A DNA stretch of 64,000 nt from Candidatus Limnocylindria bacterium (GTDB lineage: Bacteria; Chloroflexota; Limnocylindria; QHBO01). The translations under genes and the position numbers were made by a program. Below, one piece after another: positions 50,248 to 59,331 of the stretch; the stretch's first letter is position 1; every line of letters begins with the position of its first letter. The notes below the pieces were generated by a model. The model did not search any database, was not told the origin of the DNA, and was given only the letters and a program-made list of their open reading frames with translations. The stretch covers positions 7,941 to 71,940 of the forward strand of contig JBHENJ010000080.1 in assembly GCA_046262115.1 (NCBI GenBank), written 5' to 3'.

Positions 50248-51932
50248 CGCCTACTCCCGCTATCGCGCTGGCTATCGACCACGGGTCAACCTGGACCAAG
50301 GCGTCTGTGATCGGTCGGGTGGCGGGACGCTGGCATGTGGCTGCACACGTCAGCCAGCCGACGGCGTGGGGCGAGGACGAGCTGCTGCGCGCCCTCACCG
50401 CGCGTCTCGCGGCACGGGCCGACCGTCGCTGGACGAGCGCCGTCCCTGCCCTTGTCGGCCGGGCGTCGCGGATCGAATGTCACACGCCGGGACGACCGGG
50501 TCGCATCGGGCTCGCCGCGGTGTCGCGGGACATCTCCGGGCAGACGGCGCGGCGGGCGGCGGAATCGGCGGGCTGGGTCATCGCGGAGAGCGCGACGCTC
50601 GACGACGGCCGCTCGCTGGCCGAGCGTCTGACCGCGCTCCAGGCCGCGGACGTGGATGCGTGGCTCCTCGCTGGTGGCTTCGAGGGCGCGGACGCCGAGC
50701 AGGCGCTCGAGGTGGCCGGCCTCGTCGCTGCGGCTCGCGCGACGGGCACCGGCCCGGTGATCTGGGCAGGCGCCGCGAACCTGGCCGGCGAGGTCGAGGA
50801 GTTGTTCGAGCCCGGAGCGGTCACCGTCGTCGAGAACCCGAAGCCGAGCGCCGACGTGGAGCGGCCGCTCCAGCTCCGCGCGGGATTGGAAGGACTGCTC
50901 CGATTGATCGTGGAGCCGGAGGGCTCCCTGCACCTCGCGCCGACCGCCTTCGGACGCTCCGTCGGCACCGTCGGCCGCATCAGCGGCCTGAACGTGCTCG
51001 GCGTCGACCTCGGCGCGCGCTATGCGACGTGGGCGCTATGCGGGGAGCGCGGCGTCGAGACGCGCGTGCATGCCGAGGGCGGCCTCGGTTCGCCGGCGCT
51101 GGCCGCGCCCGCGATCGCGGGGCGCCTGTCACGCAGCCTGCCGCGCGACGTCGACGAGACGTCGGTCGCGGACACGCTTCAGAACATGCGGACTCGGCCC
51201 GCCGCGGTACCCCAGACGCAGGACGAGATCGCCGTCATGCACGCCGCGGCGCGACATCAGCTCGCGGCGCTGGTCGGCGCGAGTGCCGTGCAGGGAGTCG
51301 ACCTGCTGGTCGGCAGCGGACGCGCGATTGCGGCGTTTCCGCGGCCCGGGCAGGCCGCCGAGCTGCTCGTCGAGGGGATACGGCCGCTCGGCGTGACCCA
51401 GCTCGCGGTCGACGCCGCGGGCGTGCTTGCGCCGCTGGGCTCGCTAGACGACGAGGATCTGGGCGAAGGCGTCGGTGCGCTGCTCGGCGACGCGCTCGCC
51501 CCGCTGGGGACTGCCGTCATCACCCGGGGGGGCAACCCGGGCGACCCCGCGCTGCGCCTATGGCTGAGGCCACTGCCCGCTTCAGGCGGCCGAGGCGTCA
51601 ACGGCGCGGTGCCCGGCATCGGCCACGGCGGCGACGACGATCGCGTAGGCGCCGCGCTCGAGGTCCGCTACGGGCAGCTGCTCATCCTGCCGCTCCCCTA
51701 TGGGCGCCGCGCCGAGGTCCACCTCGAGCTCGAGCCCGGCGTGTCGCTGGGAGCCGCGCGTCGCAGCCGGGAGGTGCGGACGCGCGTCGTCGGTGGCGCG
51801 GTAGGTCTCATCGTCGACACACGCGACATGCCGATCGCGCTCCCGCGTCGTGCCGATGACCGCGAGGCGGTACTTACCTCCTGGCACGAGACGTTCGTTC
51901 GCGAGCACGCGACCGAGCTCCCGCTGCGATGA
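50244..51932 (+). CDS. ASKHA-superfamily ATPase-like protein, MutL/EutA-like (562 aa)
   Basis: N-terminus AIALAIDHGSTWTKASVIG carries the DxGSTxTK phosphate-1 motif typical of glutamate-mutase MutL / EutA-type ASKHA proteins; ATGA overlap with the upstream gene; the upstream part of the 698-aa ORF is antisense/overlapping noise. Confidence 0.6.
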   Translation: MTPTPAIALAIDHGSTWTKASVIGRVAGRWHVAAHVSQPTAWGEDELLRALTARLAARADRRWTSAVPALVGRASRIECHTPGRPGRIGLAAVSRDISGQTARRAAESAGWVIAESATLDDGRSLAERLTALQAADVDAWLLAGGFEGADAEQALEVAGLVAAARATGTGPVIWAGAANLAGEVEELFEPGAVTVVENPKPSADVERPLQLRAGLEGLLRLIVEPEGSLHLAPTAFGRSVGTVGRISGLNVLGVDLGARYATWALCGERGVETRVHAEGGLGSPALAAPAIAGRLSRSLPRDVDETSVADTLQNMRTRPAAVPQTQDEIAVMHAAARHQLAALVGASAVQGVDLLVGSGRAIAAFPRPGQAAELLVEGIRPLGVTQLAVDAAGVLAPLGSLDDEDLGEGVGALLGDALAPLGTAVITRGGNPGDPALRLWLRPLPASGGRGVNGAVPGIGHGGDDDRVGAALEVRYGQLLILPLPYGRRAEVHLELEPGVSLGAARRSREVRTRVVGGAVGLIVDTRDMPIALPRRADDREAVLTSWHETFVREHATELPLR

Positions 51933-52957
51933 CGTCTGCTGTCACCGCACTCGACCACCGCGTTCCGTTCCCACCCAGCGCGCGGATCCTCGTCGCGCCG
52001 GGCGACGAGGTCCGCGCCGACGACGCGCTCGCGACCAGCCGATCGCTCGGTGAGCCGATCGCGGTGCCGGTCGCGGCCCGGCTGCGGTGCGACGCGCGCG
52101 ACGGCGCTCGTCACCTCATCGGACGGCCCGGCGTGACCGTGCGGACGCGAGAGAAGCTCGCGGCGTGGCACGGCCGCGAGGTGCGCAGTCCCGTGGACGG
52201 CCTGCTGATCGGGTACTCGCGGACCGATGGCGTTGCGCTCCTCGCGCCGTTCGGCGGCGAGACAGCCATCGTCGGTCACGTGCGCGGGACCGTCACGGCG
52301 GTCGAGCCGTCCAGCGTCGTCGTCTCGGTGCCGGCGGCGCGCATCGGCGGCGTGCACGCCAGCGGGGACGCAGTCCACGGGGAGCTGATGATCGGCGTGC
52401 GGAGCCCGGCCGACGAGTTGCGTGCTGGCCAGGTGGACGTGTCGGCCACGGGGCGGATCCTTGTGGGCGGGTCGCGCGCATCGGCCGAAACACTCGCGCG
52501 TGCACGGGCGATGGGAATCGCTGGGATCGTCCTCGGGGGCATCCTCGACAAGGAGCTGCGCGACTTCACGGCGATACAGGAACGCCGCGAGAAGATGGGC
52601 GGCCTGACCGGCTCGTTCGCGTTGCTGCTCGTCGAGGGGTACGGCAAGGTCGCGCTCGACCCCGGGCTGTTCGCATGGCTGAGCGACCATCAGGGACACG
52701 AAGCCAGCCTCTTCGCCGGCGAGGGCGTCCTCTATGTGTACGACGCCGCGCCTCCGCCCCCGCGCCGCGTGCCGGCGCACGACGGCGATCGCGTGGTGAT
52801 CCACCGCCGGCCACACCAGGGCAGCAGCGGGCGCGTCGAGCGGGTCTTCGATCAGGTCCACGCGGCGGCGTCCGGGTTGCTGGCGCGACATGCCGTCGTC
52901 GCGCTGGAGGACGGAACCCGTGCGGTCATGCCGCTCGCCAACCTCGAGGCCACGTAG
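51929..52957 (+). CDS. Hypothetical protein (342 aa) with an N-terminal barrel-sandwich-hybrid-like segment and a C-terminal KOW-like motif
   Basis: ATGA overlap with the upstream gene; ARILVAPGDEVRADDAL (hybrid-motif-like) and GDRVVIHRRPHQGSSGRVERV (KOW-like). Confidence 0.55.
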   Translation: MTSAVTALDHRVPFPPSARILVAPGDEVRADDALATSRSLGEPIAVPVAARLRCDARDGARHLIGRPGVTVRTREKLAAWHGREVRSPVDGLLIGYSRTDGVALLAPFGGETAIVGHVRGTVTAVEPSSVVVSVPAARIGGVHASGDAVHGELMIGVRSPADELRAGQVDVSATGRILVGGSRASAETLARARAMGIAGIVLGGILDKELRDFTAIQERREKMGGLTGSFALLLVEGYGKVALDPGLFAWLSDHQGHEASLFAGEGVLYVYDAAPPPPRRVPAHDGDRVVIHRRPHQGSSGRVERVFDQVHAAASGLLARHAVVALEDGTRAVMPLANLEAT

Positions 52958-53016
52958 ACGTCGCGCTGAGAGGCATGCCCGGCGGGCGCAGCGGCGAGGC
53001 TTCCTATACTGCGAGC

Positions 53017-53514
53017 ATGGCTGTCCGCGATCATTCGGCGCCCGGCCGGTCCGTCACGCGCTCACCGGCGCAGACGTTCGATATCGGGCGGATGCTCGGT
53101 CGCCGTGCCCAGGCGGGCGACGTCCTGGCACTCAGCGGGCCGCTGGGCGCGGGTAAGACCATCTTCGCCAAGGGTGTCGCGGCCGGCCTCGGCGTGACGT
53201 CCGTAGTGAACAGTCCCACCTTCGTCCTGATGAACGAGCACCACGGCCGGCTCCCGCTGTTTCACGCCGACGTCTACCGGCTCTCGGATCCCGAAGAGGC
53301 GATCGCGGCCGGACTGCTCGACGAGGCGAACGCGCGCGGCGTCAGCGTGATCGAGTGGGCCGATCGCATCGAGCGTGAGCTCCCGGCCGACCGCCTGGAC
53401 GTGACGCTCCGGCCGCGCGAGGGCGACGAGCGGCTGATCTCGTGGCGCGCGCGCGGGCCGCGACATGCCCGACTGGCGGCCGCGCTGCACGACCTCGCGA
53501 CGCGAGCGGCGTGA
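53017..53514 (+). CDS. tsaE: tRNA threonylcarbamoyladenosine biosynthesis protein TsaE
   Basis: P-loop LSGPLGAGKTIFAKGVAAGLG...SPTFVL; 3-prime part of ORF 52087-53514. Confidence 0.85.
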   Translation: MAVRDHSAPGRSVTRSPAQTFDIGRMLGRRAQAGDVLALSGPLGAGKTIFAKGVAAGLGVTSVVNSPTFVLMNEHHGRLPLFHADVYRLSDPEEAIAAGLLDEANARGVSVIEWADRIERELPADRLDVTLRPREGDERLISWRARGPRHARLAAALHDLATRAA

Positions 53515-54167
53515 TCGTCGCGATCGAGAGCTCCTCGACCGATCTCTCCATCGCCGTCGCGGACCTGACCGGTGAGACCGGCAACGTCGATGGTTGGAGC
53601 GGCGGTCACCGCCATGCGCGCGAGCTGCTGCCGCGACTCGTGTCGCTGGTCGAGCGGCGCGGCGATCGGCTCGGCGACGCCGGCGCCGTGGTGATCGGGA
53701 CCGGACCCGGCTCGTTCACCGGGCTGCGCGTCGGGATGGGCGTGGCGAAGGGGATCGCGCTGGCCGTAGGCTGCTCGATCTTCGGGGTACCGAGCCTCGC
53801 GGCGTGGCTCATCGCCGAGCCCCACGCCGAGGCCGCGATCGGTCGCGCCGGCGTCGCCGAGGCGTACCTGCTGCTCCGAGACGGCCAGGCGCCGTCGGTC
53901 GTCGGCTTCGACGAGCTCCGCGCCGAGCGATTCGGCAGCGTGGTCGCGCCGGCGGACCTGATCGCTCAGCTCGGTCTGTCGCACGGTGTCCCGCCGTTCC
54001 GCGCGGGCGACGGGCTGGTCCGCGAGGGCGTCAGGCGGATGTCGGAAGCATCGAGCGGCGACGACGTCGAGACGCTCGAGCCGGCGTACCTGCGCCCGCC
54101 CCGCCGCACGGAGGCACACGATGGGGGCAGGGAGGCAGAGCATCGGGGCACGGTGGGATGCGCCTAA
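53511..54167 (+). CDS. tsaB: tRNA t6A biosynthesis protein TsaB
   Basis: VIVAIESSSTDLSIAVAD...GTGPGSFTGLRVGMGVAKGIA; GTGA overlap with tsaE. Confidence 0.85.
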   Translation: MIVAIESSSTDLSIAVADLTGETGNVDGWSGGHRHARELLPRLVSLVERRGDRLGDAGAVVIGTGPGSFTGLRVGMGVAKGIALAVGCSIFGVPSLAAWLIAEPHAEAAIGRAGVAEAYLLLRDGQAPSVVGFDELRAERFGSVVAPADLIAQLGLSHGVPPFRAGDGLVREGVRRMSEASSGDDVETLEPAYLRPPRRTEAHDGGREAEHRGTVGCA

Positions 54168-54673
54168 CGTCGGCCGCGCGAATCAACGACATGCAGATCG
54201 CGGATATCCCGGCCGTGCACGCGATCGAGCGTCGCTCGTTCAGCAGTCCATGGCCCGAGAACGCGTTCCACGAGGAGCTGACCCACAACCGGATGGCGCG
54301 CTACGTGGTGGCACGCGTCGGTGAAGAGATCGCGGCATACGCCGGGCTGTGGATGATCGTCGACGAGGGCCACATCACCACCTTCGGCGTGGATCCGGCA
54401 TGGCGGCGGCAGGGGATCGGTCAGCGGATGCTTCTGTACCTGGTGGATCTCAGCCGGGAGCTTCAGGCGACGCGCATGACACTCGAGGTGCGCGCGTCGA
54501 ACCAGGCCGCGCAGGCTCTGTACTGCAAGTTCGGGTTCGTCGAGACCGGCCGGCGGCCGCGCTACTACAGCGACGACGGCGAGGACGCCATCGTGATGGC
54601 CACACCGCTCCTCGACGATCCCGTCTTCCTCGAGCTCCTCGAGCTGCGACGCGCCACCATCGAGGACCGATGA
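54158..54673 (+). CDS. rimI: Ribosomal-protein-alanine N-acetyltransferase (GNAT)
   Basis: GNAT motif A (WRRQGIGQRML); alternative start at ATG 54191. Confidence 0.8.
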   Translation: MRLTSAARINDMQIADIPAVHAIERRSFSSPWPENAFHEELTHNRMARYVVARVGEEIAAYAGLWMIVDEGHITTFGVDPAWRRQGIGQRMLLYLVDLSRELQATRMTLEVRASNQAAQALYCKFGFVETGRRPRYYSDDGEDAIVMATPLLDDPVFLELLELRRATIEDR

Positions 54674-55710
54674 CCGGGCCGCGCATCCTCGCGATCGAGA
54701 CGAGCTGTGACGAGACGGGCGTTGCCGTCATCAGCGGCGGCCGCACGATCGAATCCAACGTTGTGGCGTCGCAGGTGGCGCTGCACGCTCAGACCGGCGG
54801 GATCGTCCCCGAGGTCGCGGCGCGACAGCAGCTCCGCTGGATCGTCCCGACGGTGCGACAGGCGCTGCATGAAGCCGGGACTGAGTGGTCCGCAATCGAT
54901 GCGGTGGCCGTCACATACGGCCCGGGGCTGATCGGTTCGCTCCTCGTGGGCGTCAACGTGGCAAAGACGCTGGCCGCGGCCCAGGGCCTGCCGCTCGTCG
55001 CCGTCAACCACATCGAGGGTCACATCTACGCCAACTGGTTGACCGATGAGGACGGGACCGCCGGCCGCGAGCCGCCGTTCCCGCTGCTGTGCCTCGTCGT
55101 CTCGGGCGGGCACACCCAGCTGGTGCTGATGCACGACCACGGCCGATACCAGCTGCTGGGCCAGACCGTGGACGACGCGGCGGGCGGGGCCTTCGACAAG
55201 GTTGGTCGCCTGCTGGGCCTGCCGTATCCGGGCGGGCCCGCGATCAGCCGGGCCGCCGAGGGAGCACGTCCGGCGACCCGCTTCCCGAGGGCGCGCACGG
55301 CCGGTCGCTACGACTTCTCGTTCTCCGGGCTGAAGACCGCCGCGCTCCGGGAGATCACCGCGTATCGCGACCGCGGGGAGGGCATCCCTGTCGACGGGTT
55401 GGCGGCGGCGTTCGAGGACGCCGTCGTCGACGCGCTGGTGACCAAGACCGTGGCCGCCGCCCGCGACCGCGCGGTGGCGGCCGTGGCGCTCGGCGGCGGC
55501 GTCGCGGCCAACCGGGCGCTCCGCGCCGAGCTGGCGCGGCGGCTAGAAGGCCTGCCGCTGATCGTGCCGCCGCCGGAGCTGTGCACGGACAACGGCGCGA
55601 TGATCGGTGCGGCGGCGGCCTTCCGGATGACGGCGGGCGACCGCGCCGACCTCGACCTCGACGCGATCCCGAACCTCAGCCTCCCGTGGCTCGAGAGCGC
55701 CGCGGCGTGA
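54670..55710 (+). CDS. tsaD: tRNA N6-adenosine threonylcarbamoyltransferase TsaD
   Basis: ILAIETSCDETGVAVI..., HIEGHI, VVSGGHTQL, GGVAAN; ATGA overlap with rimI. Confidence 0.95.
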   Translation: MTGPRILAIETSCDETGVAVISGGRTIESNVVASQVALHAQTGGIVPEVAARQQLRWIVPTVRQALHEAGTEWSAIDAVAVTYGPGLIGSLLVGVNVAKTLAAAQGLPLVAVNHIEGHIYANWLTDEDGTAGREPPFPLLCLVVSGGHTQLVLMHDHGRYQLLGQTVDDAAGGAFDKVGRLLGLPYPGGPAISRAAEGARPATRFPRARTAGRYDFSFSGLKTAALREITAYRDRGEGIPVDGLAAAFEDAVVDALVTKTVAAARDRAVAAVALGGGVAANRALRAELARRLEGLPLIVPPPELCTDNGAMIGAAAAFRMTAGDRADLDLDAIPNLSLPWLESAAA

Positions 55711-56618
55711 TCCACCCCGCGCTCGCACCGGAGCGCCTCGCGCCGCCGACCCCGAGCCAGCTCCGCCGGCTGCTCGCCGGCGAGCGGCTCCGACCGCGGC
55801 GCTCGCTGTCGCAGAACTTCCTTACCGATCCGGAGGCGCTCGACGCCATCGTCCGCGCCGCCGACCTCGCACCCGGCGACGCCGTCGCCGAGGTCGGGCC
55901 GGGGCTCGGCGTCCTCACGCGCCGCCTCCTCGCGGCGGGGTGCGAGGTTGTGGCGGTCGAGCTCGACCCAAGACTCGCGGCGTACCTCCGACGCAAGCTG
56001 AAGGGCGTCGGTGGCTTTGATCTTATCGAGGCCGATGCGCTCACCGTGGCGGGCGAGGACGTCTTTCCGGGCCGCCGGTACAAGCTCGTCGCGAACATCC
56101 CGTACCACATCACGAGCCCGCTGCTGCATCGCTTCCTGGGCGGCGGCCACCCACCCGAGATCACCGTCCTGCTCGTCCAGCTCGAGGTCGCCGAGCGCGT
56201 CGCCGCTCCACCCGGCGCGATGAGCTACCTCTCGGTCTTCGTCCAGCATCTCGCCGAGGCGGAAATCGTGGCGAGGGTTCCCGCGGCCGCCTTCGAGCCT
56301 GCGCCGAAGGTCGACTCGGCGGTGCTCCGGCTCCGCCGACGCCCGGATCCCCTGATCGGGCCGCATCGTCGCGAAGCCTTCTACCGTCTCGTGCAGGCTG
56401 GGTTCCGCCAGCGCCGCAAGCAGATCCACAACGCCCTCTCCCGCGAGCTGCCGATCGACCGCAGGGAGCTCGATGCTGCGCTCGCGGCGTGCGCGATCGA
56501 CCAGGATCGGAGAGCGCAGACGCTGACGGTGCCGGAATGGGCATGCCTCGCCGAGCGCCTCAACGCGCGTCTCGACCGCCCCGCGCGCGGCGACCTGGGA
56601 CCGCCGCTCCGCGAGTGA
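55707..56618 (+). CDS. rsmA: 16S rRNA (adenine1518/1519-N6)-dimethyltransferase
   Basis: SLSQNFLTDPEALDAIV...AEVGPGLGVLT...VANIPYHITSPLL. Confidence 0.9.
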   Translation: MIHPALAPERLAPPTPSQLRRLLAGERLRPRRSLSQNFLTDPEALDAIVRAADLAPGDAVAEVGPGLGVLTRRLLAAGCEVVAVELDPRLAAYLRRKLKGVGGFDLIEADALTVAGEDVFPGRRYKLVANIPYHITSPLLHRFLGGGHPPEITVLLVQLEVAERVAAPPGAMSYLSVFVQHLAEAEIVARVPAAAFEPAPKVDSAVLRLRRRPDPLIGPHRREAFYRLVQAGFRQRRKQIHNALSRELPIDRRELDAALAACAIDQDRRAQTLTVPEWACLAERLNARLDRPARGDLGPPLRE

Positions 56619-57496
56619 TGTTCGCGCTCACCGTCGAGGCCCCGGCCAAGATCAACCTGTCGCTGGCAGTGACCGGGCGGCGGTCCGACGGCTATCACGA
56701 GCTCGCCGGCGTGATGGCGCTCATCGATCTGACGGACACGCTGACGCTGACGCCCGGCTGCTCGGGCCTGCGTGTCAACGCGCCGCCGAGCGAGGAGATC
56801 CCGGTGTCGCGCGCGGACAACCTCGCCTGGCGCGGCCTCGTCGCCGGGGCGGGCGGCGATCCCGACATCGCCTGCATGACGCTGGAGAAGCGGATCCCGA
56901 TGGGCGCGGGCCTCGGCGGCGGGTCGTCGGACGCCGGCGCGGGGTGGCGGCTTGGGCGCCGGCTCGCCGATCGTCCCGACGTGCCCACGGTCGACGAGCT
57001 GACAGGTGAGCTCGCCGGCATCGGTGCCGACGTCCCGTTCTTCGCAACGATGGAACCGGCTGCGTACGTGACGGGGATCGGCGAACGGGTTCGATCGGTC
57101 GCGCCTCGAGAAGCGTTGGTCGTTCTCGCGCTGCCGCGGTTCCGGCTCTCGACCGCCGCGGTGTTCGCCGAGCTGAGCCCGTCCGACTGGTCGGGGGAGG
57201 CACCGGACGCGCAGGCGACGCCGGGCTGGAACGACCTACTCGGCCCCGCGGCGCGTCTGCGACCCGAGCTCGACGACCTGCTGCGCGACATGCGGACGGT
57301 GGGCGCCGAGCCGCACCTGTCGGGCAGCGGGCCATGCTGCTTCGCCCTGACCGACGATCCCGATCGAGCAGCGGCCGTGGTCGCGGCGATGACCGCGCGA
57401 GGCGTATGTACCATGCAGACGAGGCTGCTGACTTCCGCGTACGAGATCGCGGAGTTGAGCGCCGAGCACGACACCGAGGAGCACGACGATGCGTGA
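56618..57496 (+). CDS. ispE: 4-diphosphocytidyl-2-C-methyl-D-erythritol kinase
   Basis: APAKINLSLAVTGRRSDGYHEL..., GHMP motif PMGAGLGGGSSDA. Confidence 0.9.
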   Translation: MFALTVEAPAKINLSLAVTGRRSDGYHELAGVMALIDLTDTLTLTPGCSGLRVNAPPSEEIPVSRADNLAWRGLVAGAGGDPDIACMTLEKRIPMGAGLGGGSSDAGAGWRLGRRLADRPDVPTVDELTGELAGIGADVPFFATMEPAAYVTGIGERVRSVAPREALVVLALPRFRLSTAAVFAELSPSDWSGEAPDAQATPGWNDLLGPAARLRPELDDLLRDMRTVGAEPHLSGSGPCCFALTDDPDRAAAVVAAMTARGVCTMQTRLLTSAYEIAELSAEHDTEEHDDA

Positions 57497-57875
57497 CGCG
57501 ATCCACACCGAGCGGGCGCCGGCCGCCATCGGCCCGTACAGCCAGGCCGTGCGCGCCGGAAACATGGTCTTCACGTCGGGGATGGGCGGCGTCGACCCGG
57601 CCACGCGCACGCTCGTCGCCGGGGGCGTCGCCGCCGAAACGGAGCGGGCGCTCCACAACCTGGCCGCCACCCTCGAGGCCGCCGGATCGAGCCTCGACCA
57701 CGTGGTCCGTGTCGGATTGTTCCTTGCCGACATGGCCGATTTCGCGGCCGTCAACGAGGTCTATCGGGGCTTCTTCGCGGAGCCCTTCCCGGCGCGCACG
57801 ACGGTCGCCGTACGGGAGCTCCCGGCGGGCCTGCACGTCGAGATCGACTGCATCGCGGTGGTCGCCGAAAGTTGA
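57489..57875 (+). CDS. ridA: RidA/YjgF-family reactive-intermediate deaminase
   Basis: AIGPYSQAVRAGNMVFTSG...LFLADMADFAAVNEVY...PARTTVAV. Confidence 0.9.
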   Translation: MRDAIHTERAPAAIGPYSQAVRAGNMVFTSGMGGVDPATRTLVAGGVAAETERALHNLAATLEAAGSSLDHVVRVGLFLADMADFAAVNEVYRGFFAEPFPARTTVAVRELPAGLHVEIDCIAVVAES

Positions 57876-57954
57876 CCCTCACACGCGGTCGCGTCTACCA
57901 TCGCCGCGAGCCAGAACTGGCTGACGTAACTCCTCCGAGGAGCATCTCACCGAC

Positions 57955-59331
57955 TTGGTAGATCTGGCGGCCATCGTTCTGGCTGCTGGCCAAGGGACGC
58001 GCATGCGCTCCCGAGTCCCCAAGGTCCTTCACCCCCTCGCCGGCCGTCCGATGATCCACCACGTGCTGGATGCGCTCGCCGCCGCCGGCATCCCGCGTCC
58101 GGTCGTCGTCACCGGGCACGACGCCGAGCGCGTCGAAGAGGCGGTCGCGGCCCGCGCGGAGACGGTCCGCCAGGAGCCGCAGCGCGGCACGGCGGACGCG
58201 GTCAGGGTCGCCCTCGACCGCGTCCCGCACGACGCACGGCGTGTCCTCGTCACCTCGGGCGACGCGCCGCTTCAGCCACCCGAGCTGTTCGGGTCTCTCG
58301 TGGGCGCACAGCCCGATGGCGTCGCGGTCGCCATGGTCAGTGCCCGCGTCCCCGATCCCGCGGGCTACGGGCGGGTGGTGCGAAACGGCCACGGCGGGGC
58401 GCAGCGCATCGTGGAGGACCGTGACCTCGACGACGGCCAGGCGGATCTGGACGAGGTCAACGTCGGAACCTACTGCTTCGACGCGGCGTGGCTCCGCGGG
58501 CGAGTCGCGACGCTCGAGCCGTCGTCGTCGGGCGAGCTGTACCTCACCGATCTCGTCGCGGCGGCGCGCGAGGACGGCCGGCGCGTCGCGGTGTGCGAGG
58601 CTCCCGACCCCGAGCTCACCATCGGCATCAACGACCGCGTCCAGCTGGCGGCTGCGGAGGCCCTGCTCCGTCGCCGCATCAACGAAGGGCACATGCGCGC
58701 CGGCGTCACGATCGTGGATCCGGCGAGCACGTTCATCGACTCCGACGTGGCCATCGCGCGCGACGCCCGGATCGAGCCGTGGACGATCCTCCAGGGGCGG
58801 ACAGTGGTGGACGACAGCGCCGTCATCGGTCCCTCCAGCGAGGTCAGCGACAGCCGCATCGGGGCGCGGTCCGTGGTCCAGCGCAGCGTGGTCGAGGAAT
58901 CGGTCGTGGCGGAGGACTGCTGGATCGGGCCGTTCGCCCACCTGCGCCCGGGGTCCGAGATCGGACCGCGCTGCCGCATCGGCAACTATGCCGAGATCAA
59001 GCAGAGCCGCATCGGGGCCGAGACGCAGTCGCACCACTTCAGCTACATCGGTGATGCCGAGATCGGGGAGCGGGTCAATATCGGCGCCGGGACAATCACC
59101 GCCAATTACGACGGGGAGAAGAAGAACCGCACCACGGTCGGCGACGACGCGTTCCTGGGCGTGGACACCATGCTCCGCGCCCCGGTGACCATCGGGCGCG
59201 GCGCGAAGACCGGAGCGGGCAGCGTGGTGACACGCGACGTCCCGGACGGAAAGACGGTGGTCGGCATGCCGGCCCGCCCGCTCGACGCGCGTCGACGCCG
59301 CTCGGCGGAGCGCGAGGAGCCGGACGCCTAG
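57955..59331 (+). CDS. glmU: Bifunctional UDP-N-acetylglucosamine pyrophosphorylase / GlcN-1-P acetyltransferase
   Basis: AIVLAAGQGTRMRS N-terminal nucleotidyltransferase, C-terminal left-handed beta-helix hexapeptide repeats; TTG start. Confidence 0.93.
   Translation: MVDLAAIVLAAGQGTRMRSRVPKVLHPLAGRPMIHHVLDALAAAGIPRPVVVTGHDAERVEEAVAARAETVRQEPQRGTADAVRVALDRVPHDARRVLVTSGDAPLQPPELFGSLVGAQPDGVAVAMVSARVPDPAGYGRVVRNGHGGAQRIVEDRDLDDGQADLDEVNVGTYCFDAAWLRGRVATLEPSSSGELYLTDLVAAAREDGRRVAVCEAPDPELTIGINDRVQLAAAEALLRRRINEGHMRAGVTIVDPASTFIDSDVAIARDARIEPWTILQGRTVVDDSAVIGPSSEVSDSRIGARSVVQRSVVEESVVAEDCWIGPFAHLRPGSEIGPRCRIGNYAEIKQSRIGAETQSHHFSYIGDAEIGERVNIGAGTITANYDGEKKNRTTVGDDAFLGVDTMLRAPVTIGRGAKTGAGSVVTRDVPDGKTVVGMPARPLDARRRRSAEREEPDA

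Noticed and set aside
52958-53016. TATACT at 53005-53010, only 6 nt before the tsaE ATG (possible leaderless transcript)
   Set aside because: There is no -35 match at 17-18 nt spacing, and a single hexamer in a 59-nt gap is weak evidence.
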